Positions 53,195-64,000 of a DNA stretch of 64,000 bases are shown here, one piece after another. Numbering within the stretch: the stretch's first letter is position 1; every line of letters starts with the position of its first letter. A model generated the notes under the pieces. The model made no database searches and was not told the origin of the DNA. It was given only the letters and a program-made list of their open reading frames with translations. The position numbers and the translations under genes are program-made. Source of the stretch: Chrysomallon squamiferum (lineage: Eukaryota > Animalia > Mollusca); NCBI GenBank assembly GCA_012295275.1, contig CM022666.1, positions 1,426,001 through 1,490,000 of the forward strand, written 5' to 3'.

Positions 53195-53693
53195 ATCAGT
53201 ATTATAAATAGGTTGATATGACACGTCCAGAACAACATGTAAATATCAACAGTGTCTGTGGCAGGTTTTCTATCAGTACTGGTGGTCGTCTGCTCGAACT
53301 CTCTCTCTTAGATTACTGCGCATCGTGTCGGGGCGTTTTCAATCAAACACGCTCCTCTCGTGAAACGGTTAAAAAGTAAGACAGGCAGTTGCTCTGTTTA
53401 TTAACTTTCTAACTTGCGCTGTTGTTTTTATCTCCGCTGTTTGTTATCGTAAGAAAGCATGCAGTTTTTTAACATCGCTTACAGCATTTGCAGAAAATAC
53501 ACACAACATGCTGGTGCAGTCTCTCATTGTTCGGCTGTTTCCGTAAATAGAAAACAAAAGTTGTAAATCAAGTGAAAAGAGAATGCTAACGATCTGAGAC
53601 TTAAAATAAAACAGTCTCAGTTTTTTTTTTTTTTGTCTTCTAATTTCTGCTCTCTGTGTGTACTTCGTCTTTTTATTTGTGTCGCTGTCTTAT

Positions 53694-53794
<101 letters not shown>

Positions 53795-54444
53795 CCACTT
53801 TGTAATACATCGGATGATGTGAGATCAAATCTTCAGACACATGATTTCAAGGATGACAGATGAGTACGAAGGACAGATGAAGGAAAAAAAAAAAAAAACA
53901 GGAAACGAAAGATAAGCAGGCAATCGGACAAAAAGAAAAGAAATAATGAAAAACTGAAGAAAACAACAAAGGTGCAAATTTAATGACAAGAAACACCAAC
54001 TAAACGAGACAAAACTATTTTCTCTCTTTATATTTTTTTAACTCTTTTTTTTTTCCCCCCCTCTATGAAATCACTTCAGATTTTGCTTCTGCTAAATGTA
54101 TTACCTGTCTGCAGTATCTCGCCTTATGACAGGCAAATCTTAACGATGCGTGGCTCAAACAAAGATCTATTTTATCGGAGACTATCGGCTTTGTAGTCGA
54201 ATCGCAGGTAGCCGTAACTGAACGGAGCCATGCCAGGAATTCCGTGGTCGCAAATAGCGGTACCAGTTTAGACTTAACGACGTGCAGTGCTGAGATTCCA
54301 AGGCTGCCGAAAAACGATCAGAATTCTTTTTTAGATTGTCGCGGAATCAGACCATCTCCAGCATCTGGATGAATATCTGCAACCACTACATTCCATACCC
54401 GCTTGATGATGGATCCATTTGAGAGAGGGAGGGAGGGAGGGAGG

Positions 54445-54547
<103 letters not shown>

Positions 54548-55211
54548 ACACACACAAACACAGAGACAGATAAAAGAGTGATATATACACATCAGAAAAT
54601 GAAAACTAAAAACAGGTGAGAAAATAATATATTTTAAAGCTAGATTAAAGCTGACAAGACCAGATATAAAAAGATAAAACTGAGAATATCATCTAACTGG
54701 AGAAACACTCTCTTAGTCTAGTAATTCTTTTTATAATTATACCCGAAGAACCGAGCACCGATAACAATCAAAATGGAAACGAAAGCTTTTCGACACTGTC
54801 CTGAGTGCTCATTGTTTATGACGTAAACATTATAATTATAGCCGCCATGTTTTACGCATGGATGACTATACAAATAAGTCTCTTTTGTTCTAATGGGATT
54901 ATTGATTCTTTGTATGACATAATTCTGGTTGTGGTATTTATTCGATATCTGTCGTATTGTATAATATACAAAAAACCTAAAACTCAAAAGAATATCCAGT
55001 TTTTGTCGTTATTGTTCTGCGAATTCCAAATATCTTATCCATTAGAATTGCATATGATAATGATGATGATGATGATGATATAATAATAATGATAATAATA
55101 ACAAAAATGATTTATGTAAGAAAAATCATTTATGTATTTTTCCACCAGCATCGCCTAAATGGTCATCTGAATATTTTCATAATAATAATCACTGCATACA
55201 ACATTATCATC

Positions 55212-55243
<32 letters not shown>

Positions 55244-55382
55244 CGTCACCAAAATCATCATTATGACTATATTCATTTTCATCATCATGATAGACACTCA
55301 CGACAATCGCCAATATCATCATCAAAATCTTCCATCAGTTCATCATTTAAACTTCTCGTAAAAGGTCGGTTCTAATTAAATG

Positions 55383-55385
<3 letters not shown>

Positions 55386-55476
<91 letters not shown>

Positions 55477-55705
55477 GTCTGTCTTCTGTCTGTCTCTGCC
55501 TGTCTTCTGTCAGTCTCTGTCTCTGCCTGTCTTCTGTCTGTCTCTGTCTCTCTCTGTCTTCTGTCTGTCTCTGTCTCTCTATGTCTCTATCTGTCTTCTG
55601 TCTGTCTCTGTCTCTGTCTCTGTTCTGCCTCTGTCTGTTTGTCTGTCTCTCTTCTCTTCTGTCTCTGTCTCTCTCTCTCTCTCGTTCTGCCTCTAACTGA
55701 CTGTT

Positions 55706-55790
<85 letters not shown>
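55386..55790. repeat. Compound (CT)n/(CTGT)n microsatellite
   Basis: Direct reading. Confidence 0.92.
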
Positions 55791-56055
55791 CAGTATGTAT
55801 GTGGATGTGGATGTGTATGTGTGCATGCGTGTGTTACTGCTGTTAATATGAAAACAATGTCGGGGTTTTTCTCTCTAAAGAAGACTACGTCACAAATTTG
55901 AAATGTCTGACATCCAGAGGCTAACGACAGAAAACGAATTGGCGAGCTTCAGAATAGTCGAAACTTTAAAATTAACCCGAACTGTTTGTTGTTGTTTTTT
56001 TGTTTCAGCGTGTAAATGAATTGATTGCTGCCATGAATGAAGCATGAGATAGGAG

Positions 56056-56088
<33 letters not shown>

Positions 56089-56152
56089 AAAAAAAAAAAA
56101 AAAAAAAGAAACAACAACCAGATGTACACTGACGCCAACGGAAAAGTGCAGA

Positions 56153-56192
<40 letters not shown>

Positions 56193-56585
56193 GGGGAGAA
56201 AATACTGCAACGTTCGAAAGCTATGTACTGTGCACTTCTCTGGGTTGGTTTGTTCTGAAGGTGCAGGAGCTAAAGGTGTTAAAGGGTTGGAAATATCGGC
56301 TGGAGAAAGGTTCAAGAGACGACAATAAAATCAGAGGTGTCATTTGTCGGTTAAGATCGTCTCTATAGTTTCAAGCCATTCCATTGTCGAATTATTTTGT
56401 CAGTTGTCGTTGTTGTTGTTGTTGTTGTTGGTGGTGATCACGATGACGGTTTTATTACCATGACTACGTAATCATTATGATGATGATAATCATTTCTATT
56501 GATTTTTGTTATAATTATTATTACCACCACTAACACTGTCGTTATTATTGTTATCATCGTATTATTATCGCTGTGGTTGTTATTG

Positions 56586-56627
<42 letters not shown>

Positions 56628-56712
56628 ATAATAATAAGAAGAAGAAGAAGAAGAAGAAGAATTAAGAAAGAATAATAATAATAATATTTTTAATATTAAT
56701 ATTATCATTATT

Positions 56713-56743
<31 letters not shown>

Positions 56744-58490
56744 CCATCATCATCATTGTCATCATCATTATTATTATTGTTGTTGTCGTTGCTGTTGTTA
56801 TTATTGTTGCTATCAACACAATTATCATTTTGCTTCTTTACATTACATTTCTGCTTCCATATATATAAAATTAATTAACGAACGGAGCAGAAGATGAAAT
56901 ATGAGATACAAACTTTCATCTCACTCACAGCCAGTTTATCTAAGTTTGTTATTTAAGAAACAGAAATATAAATTAGAAATTCCCCAGAATCTAGTACAAA
57001 GATATAAAACACAAAAATGTCTTTGTTTTCAAGAATTCTAACAATTTTTGGTTAGATGAAAAAAAAAAAAAAAAAAAAAAAAGAAAATCAAAGCAGAACA
57101 TTAATTTCTTGTTATTCGTGTATGAAACGAAACGAAAAGAAAATTCTATATAAAAAAGATAAAGTAAAATAGCGTAAAATAATTAATTAAATAAATAAAT
57201 AAATAATCAAATTAATGAACAAGTAAGTAAGTAAGTAGATAAATAAATAAATAAATAAATGAATAAGTAAATAAGTATGTAAGGAAATAAATAATTAAAG
57301 AAAGAAAAAAAAAAGTAATAATGATACTGGCAGTGGACTGAGGAAGTTAAAAAAACAAATTGTACTTTCACGCATGAAAAAGTTTACGGTGCAAAGCGAA
57401 GAATAAACATAATTATTTTCAAGATGTCTTCTCGCAGTCTGTGTGACTGCGGCGTAATGAACTGATCTGTCTTAGTTTGGTGAACAAGTAGCTTTCGCTT
57501 CTCAAACGTGTCCAAGACACTGGAATCTACGTCTGCTATTTGTCTTCATTTCTCCTGTCTTGTGGCAAAGGTCGACTGAAACAGTCACTCGCTCAGTCTG
57601 TTTGTCTCTTTGTTTGTTTGTCTTTTATTATTATTATTATTTTTATTATTATTATTTTTTTTCTTCTAATAAACAAAATCAAAAGAACCGGTATTCGAAA
57701 ATTGAAGCTGTGAGATGTTTTACTTATTGACAAAATATTCTTTAATGATTATGAAATAAAATATACAGATGTACAGAATCCATGAAATTTTAGAAATTAG
57801 AAACGGTATTGATTTAAAAACAACAACAACAACAACAATAACAAAAAGAAAAGCAAACAACAAAAAGAACAACACCAAAGAGACAAACTAAAACTCCAAC
57901 AACAAAAAAAAACAACAACAACCCCCCAACCCTTCAAAAACAACCAACAGAAACCAAACAAAAAAATAAATAAACAATAAAAAAAAAAAAAAAAAAAACA
58001 TCCAGACAGAAACAATTTATTTTAACGACTGTTAATTAAAGTAACTGCAGAAAAGAAGACGAAAAAAAAAAAAATGTTTTGCCTTATTACAATCTTAATG
58101 ACAAACGGAAGTGCAAAGAAATAAAAAAAAAAAAAAAAAAAAAGGTAAGAAATTAAAGATGTTACTGATTTGTTTAAAATATGGTAAGTGTTTGGTGTAA
58201 GTGTTTTCTGAAATGCAGTAACGAGTAACAATGTACATTTATTTACGAAAACTATTTATTTTTTTAAAGAAATCTTGTAACAATCTCTTCGCATGGGTAA
58301 ATCCGAATGAAAAATCGTAGAAGAACGAAAATGACTTTAGCTTTGGTTTCACATTTATGAACTAATATTCTTTGTACTGAGGATTTGTCCTGATCATTTT
58401 TATTAAAGGAAAAACACAAAGGAAAAAATATGCATAACATTGAAGAAGGCCGATCAATACGTTTGAACAAATAATAAATAAGTAAACTAA

Positions 58491-58533
<43 letters not shown>

Positions 58534-59329
58534 AAGAATAAATAAATAAATAAATAAAATCTACAAAAACAACAGCATCATCATCATCATCATCATCTTC
58601 TTCTTCTTTAAAAGCAATTACGACAACGAAATCAACAAAAAGCAAGAAGAAGAAGAAGAAGAAGAAAAATCACGTTATCTTGAAGCGTACGAGAAACATC
58701 AATTCAAATCAAGAAAACAGTCAGACGTCAGTTTACACCAGTGCTTCCACTAACTGGCACGTCAGGTTCCTCTCTCCAAGCCACACAACACAGGACTCAG
58801 CTACCATACGTCTTCGAAACAACAAAGTCTCGTTCTCTTTCTGAATCTATTCATTTCCATATTCCCAGCGTTAACACCTGACATTCAACAACAACAACAA
58901 CACAATAGTCTAGTCTTTTAACGTTTTCTTTTTCTTTTCTTTTCTTCTACTACATGGAACGAACTGCTGAACAGCGAATCAAAGACATCTAACCCGATGA
59001 CGTAGTCTCAGAACTTCTACTACAATACTCGCCTCCTGCGAATATTCAAAATACGAACACCGAGAACTTGAAGGTATCGGCAGAGGTGGGGGGGGGGGCG
59101 GGAGAGAGAAAAGAAGAAGCTGTCCAAAGGTCTACTGCCATATGTCGACAGGAAAATAGTATTTTGATGTTTATGTGCTTTACGCATGTGCACAGCTCCG
59201 CCATTTCTGGGAGGAAAAAAAAAAAAAAAAAAAAAAAAAAGAAAAGAAGAACCATCTGCTTTTTTGTTCCATCTGTAATGTTAGGGGATGTAGGGATATT
59301 CTAGGTGAATGCTGGAAACAGTATGAAGC

Positions 59330-59670
59330 ATAATTATCCGTAATTAGTAACAGAAACAACAGTAGTTTATAACGGACATTATCGATAGTTAATAATAGAC
59401 ACCATGTACAGTTTATAGCAGACACTGGCTGTAGTTCACAATAAACACGACGGGCACTATCAGAAGTTTACAATAGTATCAATAGGCAGACAATATAAAT
59501 AAATAGAATCTGTTATATATCATAACATCCAGTCAGTAAGTTTATAGCAGATCATTTGTAATTCATAACAGGCATTATCGATAGTTTAACAGAAGGCATT
59601 ATCAGAATAAACTATGCAAGGCATTATCGATAGCTCGTAACAGGAATTATTGGTAGCTAATAACAGACAG
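59330..59670. repeat. Diverged short tandem repeat with core (gg)cattatcgatag
   Basis: Core variants at about 59377, 59455, 59571, 59595, 59621 and 59643. Confidence 0.55.
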
Positions 59671-61381
59671 CTGTAAGAGAAGCTGTAGACAGTTTACAGT
59701 AGTAGCTTGTAATAGGAACAGCCAGCACTAAAAGTACGTTGTAGATAAACTATTTCTGTAATCTGTGTCTATTGTTATCTTCCACAGTAATGCACTTTTA
59801 TTAGAGGAGAGCATTCCTTGTCGAAGGAAAGAGATTTGGTTATTTGTGCATCAGATATTAGTTCAAACAAGAACGACATAATACAGGTGGTTTTTTTTTT
59901 GCCTCTCAAGAATCAAACATAAAAGGATACCAGCACATATTCATTTACGCGCACACGTACACACAAATACATATATACAACTCGTATCATCACAGAAACA
60001 TGCTCACATACATACACCAACACGCGCACACACCCACACACACATATATTCATACATAGATACATCGAGAGTCAAGACAACACACACACTTCATTCAACA
60101 ATAACTACTCTCACCAATAGTTGCAGATCATTTACATGTTCTTTCTTAAAGACACGGAAACAGAAATAACAGTGTTCAATAAATCGTTCATGGTCATGAT
60201 CTAGAACTAGATACAGATCAAAGAAAACACTGGCGAGCTTTGATCCTGCGATCCTTCTACCCACAGGAACATTGTGTTACTGAGAGAGAATTCGCTCACT
60301 GGATATGTTTAAAATGATCACACTGACGTTTTGAAACAGGTGATGAACTGTTACATAACAAATCAAAAGACAAGAACAACTTTACAAATGATCACAATTT
60401 TATCTCTTATTTTTTCTCGTTCTTTTCATTTTTAATCTTTTCAATTTTTCCCATGTAACATTTGTAAACAAATGACAGGTCTACCAGAAGTGTATACGAA
60501 AATGGGTGAACCACAAAAAAAAAAAAAAAAAAAAAATGAGAACCTTTCTGCAAATAGGGTTTCATTTTAATATATGTCTCTTTCTTTTTATGAATAAAGA
60601 CATTTCTTTTTCTTTTTAATGCGTTTTTTTAAAATACATTTAAAATTATTATTATTATTAGATTCTTAATTTATTATTAATATTCCAAAAATAAAGATGG
60701 AAACACCAACAACGCCAATAACAAAACAGAAGAATAAGATGAACAACAATACAACTATCAAGAAGAAGAAGAAGAAGACTTATTCTTACAACAAAACAGA
60801 AACATTCTCCAACAAAGAGAAAAAAAAAAAAAAAAAAAAAACCAACAATGTCCAGAAACAATCACTGACCACATACCCTTGTCAAAAAATGGCGTTCACG
60901 ACTGCTGCCTGCCCCTTTGTAAACGTGCCTTTGAGTCATGTGAGTGGGATACTTCATTCAGTGGATATACTCACGTCAGTCTAAGAGGATAATGTCAAAA
61001 CAATAAACACGCACACTCGCTTTCATCTCCCTGATCTAAAGGGCAAACGAGCAGTTCGTCTGTTTGCAACTCATCTTCAGATGAATGAAGATCTCCTGAC
61101 GGGAAAGGTGGAAGAAGAAAAGAGAGAGAAAGAAAATGAAGAACAGTTAGAACAAGAGAAAGAAAGGAAAAGTGAAAACAAAAACACAACCGTCAAACGA
61201 AACATGTGCGCAAAGGGACTTGGTCAAAATGTTCTTTCTTTCCCGATGTTTCTATTGTTCTTCTTGTTATTGTTAACAACTTCTGTTTTGTATTCTTTTA
61301 GATTTGTCCCGAATAAGTGGTCATCCCGATTAATGAGTTCCACTAAACTACTCAAACTACTGCTAGTACTACTATCATTGT

Positions 61382-61433
<52 letters not shown>

Positions 61434-62439
61434 TTGCTACTGCTGCTACTACTACTATTATTACTATAGCAACTGCAACGACTACCGTTACTGTTAATGG
61501 TAATAAATAACAATTTGTTATGAATAAAAAAAGGTAACGACAACAATAAACTTGAAGAAAGATGTAAAATGATGAACTTTTTGAAACAACCAATGGATAA
61601 TGTCAGTTCAGAACATCATCATCACTCTCGTCTTTAACCTAAGTGTTTCGGTGTTTACTTTACAATCCTCCCCACTAATCTGAGCACCGCAGTTTTCATC
61701 GCGTTAATGAACTACATGAAACCTTCACTAATTATTTCTTTCCAGTTCGTTAAGATTCTTTCACCACGTTTTGAGAAACTGAATCAACGTAATTCACTAT
61801 CTCATCACTTTTCTTTTTTTTTTTTTTTTTTTTCATTCAATTTTTTTTTTTAAAATAGGGCATAAAATGCATCTTGGCCTGACTGTAGGAATCTGTCGTT
61901 TAGGTAACCGACTTCTTTTTCTTTCTAAAAAAGCTTCCAGAATATATCCCTCTGACGAACAAACGTGATGCCACAGTTTTATCTAAACCGAGCCAGGGGT
62001 TGTGAAACTCATTTCGGCATATTGAGTAACAGTCTACGCCTAATTTGAGACAAAGCACACGTCTTGTTGTACGACATGGTGAACGCGCGATTGTTCTCAC
62101 GCAAACGGTTTCACAGCGTGCACGTTGTTCTTTCTGATACAGCGGCACCTTCGCGGTAGTTAACTCGTCTGATTAAATAATTACAGTCGCTGTGGGGGTC
62201 GTGGTAAGTGTGTGTGTGTGTGGGGGAGATGATAGGAGTAGGGTGAGGAGGAAAAGAAAAAATCGAAAGAAAAAAAAAAGAATCGAAAAAAAGGAAGGTG
62301 AGGTATAATTTGAAACTAAATAAATAAGTGAAGTCGAAGAGAAAAAAAGTGAAGTGTCGAAATAAACCGCTGACAACGAGCGCCTCGATAACGAAAATGA
62401 AACGTTTGCTTACAGCGGTGCAGATTAAACTGGATATTG

Positions 62440-62533
<94 letters not shown>

Positions 62534-64000
62534 CAAGCCTCTTCTCTTACTTTACCTTTTCCCCAGTGCAAAAAATACATCTCTCAATCTGTCAGGCCCT
62601 GTTTACACACATGAATCCTACATTTAGATTCTGTTAACGTACGCTTAGTTGATCACTTATATCTTATTATTATTTTGTTTTTGCAGTGTTTTGACAGCGC
62701 GCACACACAATTAGTTCTTAATGTTCTCTACATACAAAACATATTAAAATATAATAATTTCTTTTCCTTTCTCCTGGTTTTCGTGGGCGTCTTTCTTTTT
62801 TTTTTTTTTGCACGCCATATGTTCGTTTCATTTATAGCCAATTTAACTGAATAAACAGAAGGAAATAAACAGGCAAGCTGTGTGAATGAGTAAATCAGTA
62901 AGCAGGGTGAGTGACCAGTGGGCAGCTGAGTGGGCGAATGTGTGTGGGTCAGTGAATTAATGAATAAGGATTTGGTTTATCGAATAGTATTTAATTAACT
63001 TTCATAATCGTTCTGATAATATCAGTACTTTGATTATCAGTCTTCTTCTTCTTCTTCTTATTATTATATCTACTACTACGACTACTACTACTGTATCATT
63101 ATCATCATCATCAGTATCATCATCATCTTCTTCCTCTTTATTCTTTTTATTTTTATATTCATCACAATCAGTAAAATGTTCTTTTTCTTTGTTCTCTATC
63201 TTCTTGTTCTTCTTCATTATTATTATTATTATTATTAATATTTTTATTGTTGTTGTTGTTGTTGCTATTTTTATCATCATCATCATCATGTTCAGAAATA
63301 TGCAATTTTCTTGCCTTTACTATAACTGTACAAACAGCCCCCCCCCCCCCCGCCCCGTGTTCTCCGAAATTGAGAGAGATCGGAAACAGGTACAAACTGG
63401 CTCAAAACATATTCCAACACCTGTCGTTCTACGCGCATCTTTTGTAATTTCCTGCCGCTTACATCAAAAACAAAGACGATCGTGTATGAACTGCACGGAG
63501 CCAAGATTATATCAATAAGCGAAGAGTGACAGAGTTTCTTTGTTGTCAGAACAAAACGAACATATCGGAGCCTTCTGGCTTTAAAACAAGAAGAAGAAGA
63601 AAAAAATGTTGGAATCTTGCATTATTACTAATGGACGTTTATCAGAAATAGTGCATATACACCAAGGACTTAGTAAGTTTGTTTTATGTGTAAATAACCA
63701 TTACCTGTCTTAGGAACGCACAAATGTAAATAAACAGGTGTGGTATTTTCATTTGAAAGCTTTTTTTCTTATTTCTTTCTTTTTTTTTTTTCTCTTTCTG
63801 TCATGTTTATATTCCCACTTTCCTCATCATCCCATAAAAGAAAAAAAAAGAAGAAAAAAAAAAGAAAAGATTGAGACATCGGTAAAAGCCGTAAAGAACC
63901 ACAAAGCATCAACAATATGGTGTATCTGCTCTTTCGGGTAGTCACGTAAGACGTATTGTATTATACAACAATGTGCCAGGGTAAATAATCTACATAAAAA

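Noticed and set aside
53594-53634. 8-bp hairpin followed by poly-T, like a rho-independent terminator
   Set aside because: Eukaryotic DNA where poly-T runs are ubiquitous; a short stem is expected by chance
60225-60285. Possible minus-strand tRNA/SINE head
   Set aside because: Only a very degenerate B-box resemblance; no cloverleaf or SINE body
61081-61497. 138-aa ORF MNEDLLTGKVEEEK...
   Set aside because: Purine-rich low-complexity start running into a (CTA)n repeat; no recognisable domain or exon chain

Overview
Eukaryotic, AT-rich, microsatellite-dense DNA. It looks like an invertebrate, most likely a gastropod mollusc; this is inference from composition, CpG mosaicism and a SINE-like remnant. 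Almost all ORFs in the supplied track are microsatellite artefacts. Two spliced genes can be reconstructed by hand. (1) A + strand RYK/Derailed-family Wnt receptor (WIF domain, KRRK site, transmembrane helix, pseudokinase, C-terminal GRFI). It has 12 firm coding exons plus one candidate 57-bp exon, spans 9000-36222, and its first exon lies upstream of the window. (2) A convergent - strand gene for an unrecognised 98-aa protein (coding exons 47575-47506 and 45254-45028, probable non-coding first exon about 51711-51546). The most unusual structure is that tandem duplications copy the splice junction itself at four of the last six RYK kinase-domain splice junctions. This creates arrays of decoy or alternative donors and acceptors, in-frame extensions, poison cassettes and truncated terminal exons. 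There is also a sharp CpG-depleted to CpG-rich switch near 43.3 kb, CpG-retaining islands inside the 18-kb RYK intron, and a CRE/NRF1-like motif cluster in the small gene. No prokaryotic-type system, CRISPR array, rRNA or tRNA gene is supported.
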